NCBI GenBank assembly: GCA_016867235.1
Contig: VGJY01000001.1
Location: forward strand, 4,038-68,037
From: Candidatus Tanganyikabacteria bacterium
GTDB taxonomy: Bacteria; Cyanobacteriota; Sericytochromatia; S15B-MN24; VGJW01
DNA length: 64,000 bases
Direction: 5' to 3'
Shown here: piece by piece, positions 52,861-62,243 of the stretch
How positions within the stretch are numbered: position 1 is the first letter of the stretch
Layout: each line of letters begins with the position of its first letter
The notes under the pieces: generated by a model
Seen by the model: the letters and a program-made list of their open reading frames with translations, nothing else
Told to the model about the DNA's origin: nothing
Databases searched by the model: none
Position numbers and translations under genes: made by a program

Positions 52861-54524
52861 TCCCGCCCCCCTGCGGCGAGGTTCCGCTGCTTGCGGCGCT
52901 CCCGCCGGCGCTGATCGCGGATGCCCGGCCCGGAGCGCCGATCGTCATCCCGCTGGCCGCCGATCCGGCGACACCCTCGGCGGCAGGCGGGCCGACCGGG
53001 GATGCGCTCGAGATCCTGGCCGATCGGGTGGAGGTGGATCTGGACGACGAGGTCCTTCAGGCGCGTGGCGGTGTCCAGGTGGCTTACCTCGACTATCGCC
53101 TCAGGGCGGCCGAACTGCTCTACGACGCCATCAACGATCGGGGCCGCGCGGGCGGAAAGATCCACCTGCGGACGACCGCCTACCAGATCGACTCCGAGCA
53201 CATCGAGTTCGACATCCGCAACGAGCAGGCGATGGTCGGGCCATGGAGCGGGGTCGCGGCCGGCCGCGGGCGCCTGTCGGGAGCGTTCCTGTTCGTGTCG
53301 CCGTCGTACGCCTACGCGTCGGGCGCCACTTACAGCCCATGCATGGCCGACGACCCGGGTTACTTCCTGGCCAGCGAGAAGTTCGAATGGTTTCCGTACA
53401 ACGGCCGGCAGCACTTCGAGGGGGACAACGTCACGGTCCACCTGTCCGGCGCGCCGGTCGCGAAGGTGCCGTTGCTGCGCACCGCGGTGGAGCCGGGGGA
53501 AGAACTCGAGCGCGAGCGGCGCCGCCCCGGGCAGGCCGTCGACACGCAGCTTGGCTACAACACCTATGACGGCGCCTTCGCCACGGGCAAGGGGACGTTC
53601 CAGCTCGCGGACGGCCACCTGGGCACCATTCCGGTGCGCATCACCCAGGGGCGCGGCCTGCTCATCGGCACCACCCAGAATTTCGCCTGGGAGCGCTGGT
53701 CGTTCTCCGGCGACGCCACCTACCAGACGCGGTATCAGGGCGGAACCGCCGGGCCCCGCGCCAACGTGACCGGGCTGACGACCATCCCGCGCGGCCCGGC
53801 CCTCTCGGTCGGCCTCGGCTATCGCTCCGACGTGGCGGGCCAGGCGGTGCACCGCTTTCCCGAGGTGGGCGTGACCTTCCCGGGCGTCTCGCTGGGGCCG
53901 CTCGCGCTGACCGCGGGAACCCGCCTGGGCTACATGATGGAAAACTATCCCGATCCGACCGCACCCCCGCCCGATCCCATCAACCCGTTCGCCCAGCAAC
54001 CCGAGAAGATCGGCGTGCGCGCCGCGGCGGCCGGCTATCGGCTGGGCGTCGCGGCACCTGCCTGGCGGCCCAACGGCTTCTGGGAGTCGCAACTGTACAC
54101 CGCGGGTTCGGTCGCCATGTACCTCGAGCGCGACGAGCCCGGGGAGTGGAGCCGCAGTCCGCGGCACCAGGCGGTAGGTACGCTGGGTTTGCGCAACACG
54201 CAGCGCTGGACGGATTTCCTGTCGACCCAGGTGGGCCTCGAGTCGCACCGCACTGAAGGCCTGTCCCCCTTCCTGCACGACCGCGCCTATCCGTCCGACA
54301 TGATCTCGCTGGGGTTCACGCTGCAGCCCCATGCACGGTGGGCGCTGTCAGCCGGCACGCTCTTCTCGCGACCGCCCGACCAGCCCAGTTTCGCCCGCAA
54401 CGACCTCACGGTGCGACTGGGATACAGCGGTCCCTGCCTGTCGTGGGCGATCTCGATGCAGATTCTGTCTTTCCAGCCGTTTTCGCCCGCGATTTCCTTC
54501 GACTATCAGATCGGCTCCCTCTGA
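52857..54524 (+). CDS. LptD/OstA-like outer-membrane protein (putative LPS-assembly protein)
   Basis: OstA-like N-terminal domain (LEILADRVEVDLDDEVLQARGGVQVAYLDYRLRAAELLYD...GKIHL), an LptD-like TSC/YSPC region, and a Gly/Tyr-rich beta-barrel C-terminus; ATGA overlap with the DUF58 gene. Confidence 0.5.
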   Translation: MIPPPCGEVPLLAALPPALIADARPGAPIVIPLAADPATPSAAGGPTGDALEILADRVEVDLDDEVLQARGGVQVAYLDYRLRAAELLYDAINDRGRAGGKIHLRTTAYQIDSEHIEFDIRNEQAMVGPWSGVAAGRGRLSGAFLFVSPSYAYASGATYSPCMADDPGYFLASEKFEWFPYNGRQHFEGDNVTVHLSGAPVAKVPLLRTAVEPGEELERERRRPGQAVDTQLGYNTYDGAFATGKGTFQLADGHLGTIPVRITQGRGLLIGTTQNFAWERWSFSGDATYQTRYQGGTAGPRANVTGLTTIPRGPALSVGLGYRSDVAGQAVHRFPEVGVTFPGVSLGPLALTAGTRLGYMMENYPDPTAPPPDPINPFAQQPEKIGVRAAAAGYRLGVAAPAWRPNGFWESQLYTAGSVAMYLERDEPGEWSRSPRHQAVGTLGLRNTQRWTDFLSTQVGLESHRTEGLSPFLHDRAYPSDMISLGFTLQPHARWALSAGTLFSRPPDQPSFARNDLTVRLGYSGPCLSWAISMQILSFQPFSPAISFDYQIGSL

Positions 54525-54553
54525 GATATGCTCCGCGCCGGGGGGCGAGGAAG

Positions 54554-54805
54554 ATGGCAGAATTCACGGTCGGCAGGCATGCGCGGAAGTTCGGGGTGGC
54601 GGCGGTACTGGAGGCGGTCTCCGACGTGTCCTTTCCGCTCAGCAGGGAGCGCCTGATCCTCCTTTGCGGCGACCGCGAGGTCGAGGTCCGCCCCGGCACG
54701 CGGCGAAAGCTGGGGGATCTGGTCTCGCGGTGCGCCGAGTGCGAGGATTTCAACTCGGCGGAAGATCTGATCTCGCAGATCGAGAGCGAGATGGTGACCA
54801 CCTAG
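54554..54805 (+). CDS. Small protein, DUF2795-like
   Basis: AVLEAVSDVSFPLSRERLILLCGDREVEV...LGDLVSRCAECEDFNSAEDLISQIE fits the DUF2795 pattern; GAGGAAG RBS. Confidence 0.5.
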   Translation: MAEFTVGRHARKFGVAAVLEAVSDVSFPLSRERLILLCGDREVEVRPGTRRKLGDLVSRCAECEDFNSAEDLISQIESEMVTT

Positions 54806-54812
54806 CAGCCTG

Positions 54813-55454
54813 CTAGGGCGGCTGATCCCACTCGTGCTTCGCCTCCGATTCGGCGAGCTTCTCCACCTGTTCGCGAGTCGCCCGCAAGTGGACGGCCGCG
54901 CCTTCGACTCGCTCGATCCAGCCGGGCGGGATCAGCAGGTCCCGGCCGAAGACGAAGCCGCGGCGCACCATGATTCCGGCGAGGGCGCCGCATTCGGCGA
55001 TGACGTCGGAGACCTCGCCGCAGCGCCCGTCGAGGCACTCGACTCTCATCCCCTTGTCGATCACGGCCTGGGTGTCGCTGACGGCCACATGCTCGATCGG
55101 CAAGGGCGTCGGATGCTGCTCCCCGGCCAGCGAGGGCGGGACGCGCGTCCAGAGCACCGGGCAGGGTGTCTCGGTGGTCGCGCCTTGCCACGCCAGGCCC
55201 TCGGTCGTCGGCAGGCAGTAGTCCACGACCACGAAGCGGGGCATGCCGGCGATCTCGGCGCGCGTGGCGTCGACCACCAGGCGATCGTCGCGCCGGGAGA
55301 CCAGCGAGATGGGCACGACCACGGCCCCCGCCGGACCGTACTCGACGACCAGGCTGTCGACCTTGCGGCTGGCCGGGTCGACGATGACGCGCTGGATCGA
55401 TCCGCACGGTTCCCCGGTCCGCGTCCAGATCGCGCTGCCCAGCTTGATGTCCAT
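54813..55454 (-). CDS. PRC-barrel domain protein (two PRC-barrel-like repeats)
   Basis: 213-aa ORF with two repeated PRC-like segments (G..CG.I..V.VD...R..D.LVV); divergent from fliH. Confidence 0.7.
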   Translation of the reverse strand: MDIKLGSAIWTRTGEPCGSIQRVIVDPASRKVDSLVVEYGPAGAVVVPISLVSRRDDRLVVDATRAEIAGMPRFVVVDYCLPTTEGLAWQGATTETPCPVLWTRVPPSLAGEQHPTPLPIEHVAVSDTQAVIDKGMRVECLDGRCGEVSDVIAECGALAGIMVRRGFVFGRDLLIPPGWIERVEGAAVHLRATREQVEKLAESEAKHEWDQPP

Positions 55455-55572
55455 CGGCGGCCTCCGCAGGAGGAGGCTGCCAGGGTCCCGGGATGGCGTA
55501 AAGGGCCGGCTGGCCGCAGGCTCTCCCGGGCGCCGGCCGCGGCACGCTGATTCCCTCCTCTCTCCCGGGTAC

Positions 55573-56943
55573 ATGCGGGATGTGGCCCTGATCAAGGGAA
55601 GCAAGGTAAACCAGGCCGGGGTCGTCGTCGTCCAGGGCGAGCAGGTCATCCAGGAAGAGGCGAAGGCCCCGACCGGGCGCGCGCGCGAGCGCAAGGGGAC
55701 GGGCTCGCTCAAGGCCGACCCAGTGATCGTGGGCGGCAATGCGCCGATCGCCCCGTCCCCCGTGGAAGACACGTCCCCCGAGCCCACCGCGCCGGCGGCC
55801 GCCGAGGAAGCGGAAGGGCCAGAGCCGGCATGGCAGCGCGAGGAGGCGGTACCGGCGGCCGACCCGCCGCCGCCCGGCGACGGAGGTGACCCGGTCGAGG
55901 CCTGGGACACGGCCCGGGACCAGGTTCTGCGTGCCGCGGGTTCGCTGGCGGAGCTCGCGGCCGAGAATGCGGCAGCCGAGGGCGAGTGCGCCGCGGACCT
56001 GTACGACCAGCTCTTCGGGGAGGCGTCCGGGCGCATCACCGGAGCGCTCGGCGACGGGCCAGAAGGCGAGAACGCCCTGGACGCCATCGTGCCGGCGCTC
56101 GAGCGCCAGGCGGCTGCGCAGGCGGAACTCGCCGCGGCGCGCGCGGCGGCGCGGGCCCGGTGGCGGGAAATGGCGACGGCCGAGGAGCAGATCGCCGCCC
56201 TCCTGAGCCAGTTCGACGTGCCGGAGAGCGCGAGCTCCCGGATCCTGGGGGAACGCGAGCAACTGCTGGCCGAGGCCCGCCTGAAGGCGGCGCAGATCCT
56301 GACCGACGCCCAGGAAGAGGCCGCCCGGATCCGCGCCGATGCGGAGCAACAGGGGGCACAGGCCCTCGAGGACTTCGAGCTGACGCGGCTGGAGCGTTTC
56401 GAGCAGCTGCGCGAGGAAGCGCGGGCGGCCGGCTACACGGAGGGCCGGGCGCAGGCCGACGAAGAAGGCGCCAAGATCATCGAGGAGGCCATCGAGACGC
56501 TGAACCGGGCGCGCCTGTCGTATCCGCGGGCCGTCAAGGAGAACCAGGAGAAGCTCATCGAACTGGCGTTGCAGGTCGCCGAGAAGATCATCGGGGCGGA
56601 AATCGAGGCCCGCCCCGACGTGGTGCTGGAAACCCTCGACGTGGCCCTCACGCGGGTCACCGATCTGGAGTCGGTGCAGATCCGCGTCCATCCCGACGAC
56701 CTGCCGATCGTCAAGGAGAAGGAAGACGAGTACCGCGACCTGCTCGCCCAGGTGAAGAAGCTGGAGTTCGTGCCGTCGCCCAAGATCCAGCGGGGCGGGG
56801 TCTTCATCGAGACGAGTTCCGGCACGGTGGACGCCACCCTCAAGACCCAGCTATCCATCATTGCGGAGGTGCTTCGCGGCGTCCGGAAGGAACTCGACGA
56901 GATCGCCGACGCCGAGAACGAGGCGTTCGAGGAGCTGGGCTGA
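55573..56943 (+). CDS. fliH: Flagellar assembly protein FliH with a long low-complexity N-terminal extension
   Basis: C-terminal FliH domain (LALQVAEKIIGAEIEARPDVVLETLDVAL...VQIRVHPDD...GGVFIETSSGTVDATLKTQL); directly upstream of fliI. Confidence 0.7.
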   Translation: MRDVALIKGSKVNQAGVVVVQGEQVIQEEAKAPTGRARERKGTGSLKADPVIVGGNAPIAPSPVEDTSPEPTAPAAAEEAEGPEPAWQREEAVPAADPPPPGDGGDPVEAWDTARDQVLRAAGSLAELAAENAAAEGECAADLYDQLFGEASGRITGALGDGPEGENALDAIVPALERQAAAQAELAAARAAARARWREMATAEEQIAALLSQFDVPESASSRILGEREQLLAEARLKAAQILTDAQEEAARIRADAEQQGAQALEDFELTRLERFEQLREEARAAGYTEGRAQADEEGAKIIEEAIETLNRARLSYPRAVKENQEKLIELALQVAEKIIGAEIEARPDVVLETLDVALTRVTDLESVQIRVHPDDLPIVKEKEDEYRDLLAQVKKLEFVPSPKIQRGGVFIETSSGTVDATLKTQLSIIAEVLRGVRKELDEIADAENEAFEELG

Positions 56944-56968
56944 TGAGTTGCCCCCCGAGGAGGCTCTC

Positions 56969-58306
56969 ATGATCTTCCCCGTAGAGCCTTACAGGCTTGC
57001 GCTGCGCGACATGGAGCCGGTCCGCGCCCGCGGCCAGGTCACGCAGTTGGTCGGGCTGATCGTCGAGGCGTTGCTCCAGGGCGTACGGATGGGCGAGCTC
57101 TGCTACATCTACTCGCAGGATCGCAAGACGATCTTCCCGTGCGAGGTGGTGGGCTTCAAGCCGCGCCGCGTCATGCTGATGCCGCTGGTCGATCTCGAGG
57201 GGATCGGGGCAGGCTGCGACGTGGTCGCGACCGGCCGCATGGTCAGCGTCAAGGTCGGCCCGAAGCTGCTGGGGCGGGTCCTCGACGGTCTGGGCAACCC
57301 GATCGACGGCAAGGGGCCGCTGGAGTACGAGACGACCTACGCCCAGATGAATCCGCCGCCCAACTCGATGAAGCGCGCGCTCATCGACACGGTGGTTCCG
57401 ACCGGCATCCGGGTCATGGACGGCTTCCTCACGCTCGGCAAGGGCCAGCGCATCGGGATCTTTGCCGGATCGGGCGTGGGCAAGAGCATGATGCTCGGCC
57501 AGATCGCCCGCCAGACGAAGGCCGACCTGTCGGTCATCGGCCTGGTCGGGGAGCGCGGGCGCGAGGTCCGCGAGTTCCTGGAGCAGTCGCTGGGCGAGGA
57601 GGGCCTCAAGCGCTCGGTCGTCGTGGTCGCCACGTCCGATTCGCCGAGCCTCATGCGCTTCAAGGCGCCGCTCGTGGCGACCAGCATCGCGGAGTACTTC
57701 CGGGACCAGGGCAACGACGTGTTCCTCATGATGGACTCGATGACCCGCTTCGCGATGGCGATGCGCGAGATCGGCCTGGCGGTGGGCGAGCCGCCGGCCC
57801 AGAAGGGCTACACCCCGTCGGTGTTCGCGCTCATTCCGAAACTGCTCGAACGGGCCGGCACCAGCGATGTCGGGTCGATCACGGCCATCTACACGGTGCT
57901 CGTGGACGGCGGCGACATGGACGAGCCGATCGCCGACTGCGTCCGGGGCGTACTCGACGGCCACATCGTCATGCTGCGCAGCATCGCGGCGCAGGGCATC
58001 TTCCCGGCCATCGACGTGCTGCAAAGCGTATCCCGTCTCATCGAGGTGCTGGCCAGCCGGGAGCACAAGCTCGCGCGCCAGGCCGTGTTCCAGATGATCG
58101 CCGACTACAAGGAAGTCCAGGACCTGCTCAACGTGGGGGCGTACGTGCGGGGCTCGAACCCGGCGTACGACCGGGCCATCTCGATGTGGGACCAGATCAA
58201 GGGCTTCCTCAAGCAGGATCTGAACGACAACACGCCGTTCGACGAGACCGTCAAGCAACTCAGGATGCTCGGGTCCACGACGTCGGCCGCGTCGATGTTC
58301 ACATAG
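56969..58306 (+). CDS. fliI: Flagellum-specific ATP synthase FliI
   Basis: Walker A GSGVGKSM and full F1/T3SS-ATPase similarity; GAGGAGG RBS. Confidence 0.9.
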   Translation: MIFPVEPYRLALRDMEPVRARGQVTQLVGLIVEALLQGVRMGELCYIYSQDRKTIFPCEVVGFKPRRVMLMPLVDLEGIGAGCDVVATGRMVSVKVGPKLLGRVLDGLGNPIDGKGPLEYETTYAQMNPPPNSMKRALIDTVVPTGIRVMDGFLTLGKGQRIGIFAGSGVGKSMMLGQIARQTKADLSVIGLVGERGREVREFLEQSLGEEGLKRSVVVVATSDSPSLMRFKAPLVATSIAEYFRDQGNDVFLMMDSMTRFAMAMREIGLAVGEPPAQKGYTPSVFALIPKLLERAGTSDVGSITAIYTVLVDGGDMDEPIADCVRGVLDGHIVMLRSIAAQGIFPAIDVLQSVSRLIEVLASREHKLARQAVFQMIADYKEVQDLLNVGAYVRGSNPAYDRAISMWDQIKGFLKQDLNDNTPFDETVKQLRMLGSTTSAASMFT

Positions 58307-58358
58307 ATTTGCCCGAAAATTTCGCCCTCGCTCACTTCTCTGCGGGGCCGGCTGGGTA

Positions 58359-58868
58359 TTGATACGTTGGCGAGATTTGACGTATCGCCCCAGGAAGGCG
58401 TCCCAAATTAACAGCAGAAGTCGTGTCAACAGACCGAGGAGGCCTGCGCCGAGCCGCAGCACGGCGCTTGCGGCGTTCCTGTCGGTCCCGCCGAACTCGA
58501 TCATCGGGCACTTGAGCGATCCCTGGTGCTACACGGTCGGCGACGACACGTACTTCGTGCTGACCCAGGAAGAAGCCCGCTCGACGTGCGCCCACGGGAT
58601 CGAGACGCTTCTGCCGGCGGGAATTCCCGCGGAGGTGCTGGCGCGGTACTGGCGCGGGGTGCCCCGCGAGGCGGCCCTCGAGCAGGTTCGCCGCATCCAG
58701 CGCAGACGCGACCGGGACTCCGCGGCCGAGGATCTGCTCGATGCCCTCGACGAGCGGTGGGCTACCGACCTGATCGAACGCGACGGCTTGGAGCATTGGC
58801 TCGAACGAACGTTGAAGATGTCCTTCGTCGGCCGCCGGGAGGCGTACTCGATCTTCAAGGCCGGCTAG
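58359..58868 (+). CDS. Hypothetical protein (start uncertain; not convincingly FliJ-like)
   Basis: ORF after fliI with reasonable composition in its C-terminal two-thirds; possible TTG start near 58512. Confidence 0.35.
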   Translation: MIRWRDLTYRPRKASQINSRSRVNRPRRPAPSRSTALAAFLSVPPNSIIGHLSDPWCYTVGDDTYFVLTQEEARSTCAHGIETLLPAGIPAEVLARYWRGVPREAALEQVRRIQRRRDRDSAAEDLLDALDERWATDLIERDGLEHWLERTLKMSFVGRREAYSIFKAG

Positions 58869-59046
58869 CTCGGAGAACGGGCGGCTACGCGATCGCGGAT
58901 CGGAGGTCCCGTTCTGTTAAATCCTCGTTAGGCAAGAATAAATCTCTGTTGGCAGGGTTTCGTTCGTACGGGTTAAGCCTTAGACTCGATTTCGTAAACG
59001 TCAGGTTAAGAACAGCCTAACGCTCAACGAAGGAGTCGAGTAAGAG

Positions 59047-60378
59047 ATGCGGCGGATTGGGTTGGCCCTCGGGGCCGTCACGGTAGCGGCGAGCCTGGCC
59101 GGCTGCGGGATGTCCCCGGCGAACGGGCTGGGCACGAATGCCTTCAAGGGTCTGGGGTTCACGACGAAGAGCAGCGATGCCGAGTGGACGATCATGCTCC
59201 ACCTGGCCGCTTCCAACAACCTCGAGTCGTTCGCCTACATCAACCTCAACGAGGCCGAAGCCGGTATCAACAGCGACAAGGTCAACTTCATCGTGCTCTT
59301 CGACGGCAACAAGAAGGGCGACTCGAAGATCATGAAGGTCGTCCGGGATCCCAAGGGCATGAACACGACGCTCGTCAGCCCGACGATCGACGACAACGGC
59401 GCGGTGGTCCCCAAGGACACCAAGGAGATCGACTCGGGCGACTACCGCACCGTCCAGAAGTTCGTGCAGTGGACCGCCGCCAACTACCCCGCCAAGAAGT
59501 TCGCCTACGTGAGCTGGGACCACGGCAGCGGCATCTTCGCCCCCAACGGCCAGCGCATCAATCTCGGCCCCGGCGTCGATCGGATGGCCCTCAAGCGGCA
59601 GATGCGGGCGAGCAACCAGCCCATCAGCTCCCAGGGCTTCGCGTGGGATGACGAAACCGGCAACCACGTCACCACCGCCCAGTTCACCGACATCCTCAAG
59701 GCTGCTCCCAAGCCGTTCGAAATGACCGGCATGGACGCCTGCCTGATGGCGCACGTCGAGATGGCGTACCAGATGCAAGGCTACGGCAAGAACCTGGTCG
59801 CATCCGAAGAGCTCGAGCCGGGCCTCGGCTGGGACTACAACGAGTGGCTGTCGGCCCTGTCGGCCAATCCGTCCGCCGACGGCGCCGCGCACGGCGCGAT
59901 GATCGTCAAGGGCTTCCACAAGAGCTACACCCCGGGTGGCGCTCACTACGGCGGCCGCCAGCAGGACGTCACGCTGTCCAACCTCAGCTACGACGCGGTG
60001 AAGAACGACCTGACCCCGGCGCTCAACAACCTGTCGGATCAGCTCCTCGCGCAGATGGCCACCGACAAGGCCGCTATCAAGGCCGCCCGCAGCGGTTCGG
60101 TCGAGTTCTACAACTCCGATTGCGCCGACCTGGGCAGCTTCGTAGCCAAGATCGAGTCGGTGGCGAGCCTCAAGGGCGCCGCCAAAGCCGTCCGCGATGC
60201 GTATGGCAAGGCCGTCACGGCCGAAGCGCACGCCGGGTCGGGCGTCGAGGGCGCCAGCGGCGGAGTCGTCTACTTCCCCGAGAGCAAGTGGTCGTGGAAG
60301 AAGGATTACGACGATGCCAGCAAGATCGCCTTCGCCGGTGAGAAGTGGCGCACCTTCCTCGCCGAGTTCATCAAGTAG
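59047..60378 (+). CDS. Clostripain-like cysteine peptidase (family C11), lipoprotein
   Basis: C11 catalytic dyad context (YVSWDHGSGI; GMDACLMAHVEMAYQM); lipobox LAGCG; AAGGAG RBS. Confidence 0.8.
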   Translation: MRRIGLALGAVTVAASLAGCGMSPANGLGTNAFKGLGFTTKSSDAEWTIMLHLAASNNLESFAYINLNEAEAGINSDKVNFIVLFDGNKKGDSKIMKVVRDPKGMNTTLVSPTIDDNGAVVPKDTKEIDSGDYRTVQKFVQWTAANYPAKKFAYVSWDHGSGIFAPNGQRINLGPGVDRMALKRQMRASNQPISSQGFAWDDETGNHVTTAQFTDILKAAPKPFEMTGMDACLMAHVEMAYQMQGYGKNLVASEELEPGLGWDYNEWLSALSANPSADGAAHGAMIVKGFHKSYTPGGAHYGGRQQDVTLSNLSYDAVKNDLTPALNNLSDQLLAQMATDKAAIKAARSGSVEFYNSDCADLGSFVAKIESVASLKGAAKAVRDAYGKAVTAEAHAGSGVEGASGGVVYFPESKWSWKKDYDDASKIAFAGEKWRTFLAEFIK

Positions 60379-60393
60379 GACAGAGCAAAGCAG

Positions 60394-60419
60394 GTCCCCC
60401 CGGGAACTCCCGGGGGGAC
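60394..60419. terminator. Bidirectional terminator hairpin (11-bp GC stem) between convergent genes
   Basis: gtccccccggg-aact-cccggggggac. Confidence 0.45.
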
Positions 60420-60469
60420 TTCTTCGTGCGCAGGGGCCTACCCAACCGGGAGGCGCGCCTTGACCTGCC

Positions 60470-61738
60470 CTACTCTTCCGCGTGGACGCCGAAGAAGCGC
60501 TTGATCTTGTCCAGCAGGATCGACTGCTCGTGCTCGCGGGCGGCATCCGACGCCCCGGCGGCCGCCACTTCGCGCGGCGGCGCTTCGGCCGGCGCACCGG
60601 CCGCGACATGGGCAGGCACTCCGGCGTTCTGGGCCTTGCGCGAGGAGATCTTCTCGGCCACGCCCTGCGCGACCTCCGGCACGACCTTCAGCAGGTTGCG
60701 CACCGCCGGCTTGCGGATCTCGATCAGTTCGACGTACGGTTCGGGCTGCCCCTTGCGGTGCGGCGCGTCGTCGCCGGCGACGACAGTGGCGCTGCGCGGC
60801 TCGCCGGTGAACAGGCTCATCTCGCCGATGGTGTCGCCCGCGCCGAGGACCGCGACCGGATCGCAGGCGGCGGGATCGTCGAGGTACACCCGCACCTTGC
60901 CGCTCGCGATGACGTACATCGACTCCCCGGCCTCGCCCTTGGTGCACACGGTCGTGCCCGGCTTGAAGGACTTGATCTCCGTGTTGACGGCCAGGAGACC
61001 GCGGCCCTGATCGCCCATGGGGCCAAGGAGCGCGATGTCGTCCAGGATCTCCTTGACGCGGACGGCCTGCTTCGAGTCGTAGAGCCGATCCTTCGCGGAG
61101 CGGCCCAGGTTGTCCTTGGCGTCCGGCGCCTGGATCAGCAGCATGAAATAGCGCATCGCGTCGGGTATCTTGCCGGTGCGGAGCATCAGCTCCCCGATCA
61201 GGAAGGCGACCTGGAGATCGTCGACGTGCTTGTCGCGCCGCAGGCCGCCCTCGAACGCCTCCTTGTAGAGGTCGCGGGCCATCTCCAGGAATCCCAGCTC
61301 GCGGCGCAACTCGCCGGAGTAGCGGCACATCCAGCCGGCTCGCAGGGCCACGCCGGCACGGACCTCGGCCGGGAAGGAGCGGGCGGTGTAGCTGTTGAGG
61401 GCTAGCTGGAAGCTTCGGAGAGCCGCGAACAGGGAGCGCTCGACCTGGTTGTAGTTGACCGCCATCCCTAGCTGATCGGCCTTGAGGAGATCGCGCAGCG
61501 GGCCGAGGGAGCGCGGCTCGAGGGTCTTGAAATCATCCTTGTACGCCGCGAACTTGCAGGATGGACAGACCCAGACCAGGTAGTAGAGCGGATTCGGGCC
61601 CGAGTAGTACGGGCAGAAGTCGTTGTCGCGCCGCAGCAGGCTCGCGGAATGGGCGCGCGGCGTATAGTACGTGAACACCGCCTCGCAGAGCGGGCACGTA
61701 ACCTCGCGGCTGACCATCGCGTTTCCGCTCTGGGACAT
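60470..61738 (-). CDS. DUF2225-like zinc-ribbon/TPR-like domain fused to a cNMP-binding domain (paralog of 37226-38362)
   Basis: CPLCE...CPYYSGPNPLYYLVWVCPSCKFAAY plus a cNMP fold (GEAGESMYVIASGKVRVY...GDTIGEMSLFTG). Confidence 0.7.
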   Translation of the reverse strand: MSQSGNAMVSREVTCPLCEAVFTYYTPRAHSASLLRRDNDFCPYYSGPNPLYYLVWVCPSCKFAAYKDDFKTLEPRSLGPLRDLLKADQLGMAVNYNQVERSLFAALRSFQLALNSYTARSFPAEVRAGVALRAGWMCRYSGELRRELGFLEMARDLYKEAFEGGLRRDKHVDDLQVAFLIGELMLRTGKIPDAMRYFMLLIQAPDAKDNLGRSAKDRLYDSKQAVRVKEILDDIALLGPMGDQGRGLLAVNTEIKSFKPGTTVCTKGEAGESMYVIASGKVRVYLDDPAACDPVAVLGAGDTIGEMSLFTGEPRSATVVAGDDAPHRKGQPEPYVELIEIRKPAVRNLLKVVPEVAQGVAEKISSRKAQNAGVPAHVAAGAPAEAPPREVAAAGASDAAREHEQSILLDKIKRFFGVHAEE

Positions 61739-61798
61739 ACGTTTCCACTATAGCAAGAACGTGAAGGAAGCCGAAAGGGAATCGATCAAAAACTGTCA

Positions 61799-61822
61799 CG
61801 CGGCCCACATGCGTGGGCCGCG
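61799..61822 (-). terminator. Rho-independent terminator (10-bp stem cgcggcccac/gtgggccgcg; T-run follows on the minus strand)
   Basis: Perfect hairpin then tgacagttttt on the minus strand, downstream of the small minus-strand ORF. Confidence 0.45.
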
Positions 61823-61862
61823 TTGACGCGGTGTTCGAGAGCTTGCGCCTGAAACAGATCTC

Positions 61863-62090
61863 TTATGGCCGATGGAACGAACGAACGGCCTGCTCCACCG
61901 CGTCGAGGAGCTTCTTGAGCATGTCGAGCCGGGTCTGCATGTCGAGCATGTAGGCCTGGAACTCTTCGGGCGACATCCCGCCGGCCTTGCCGACGTTGGC
62001 GGCCTTCGCCTTGATGTCGCGCAGCAGGTCCTGTACGCCTGCGCTGATGGTTTCAACTGTGTTGACACCTGTTACGTGAATGGAACCCAT
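61863..62090 (-). CDS. Hypothetical small protein (~75 aa)
   Basis: MGSIHVTGVNTVETISAGVQDLLRDIKAKAANVGKAGGMSPEEFQAYMLDMQTRLDMLKKLLDAVEQ; good GC3; terminator downstream. Confidence 0.45.
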   Translation of the reverse strand: MGSIHVTGVNTVETISAGVQDLLRDIKAKAANVGKAGGMSPEEFQAYMLDMQTRLDMLKKLLDAVEQAVRSFHRP

Positions 62091-62243
62091 CGTCCCGTCC
62101 TTTCTCTTGGGCGCCGACCGCTCCCGACCCACCGCGGGCCAACGTTCAGCTTGATATCCCGCTTTCGTTATCCCCAGGGCCTTTCAGCCCTTGCGGGTTT
62201 TAATGAAAAAACAAAGCTACCCGCTCCCCGCTTAACGAGCGGC

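Noticed and set aside
58526-59020. 164-aa plus-strand ORF overlapping the end of the post-fliI hypothetical gene
   Set aside because: Arg/Gly/Pro-rich alternative frame with no coding signal; it also runs into the promoter region of the C11 peptidase gene.
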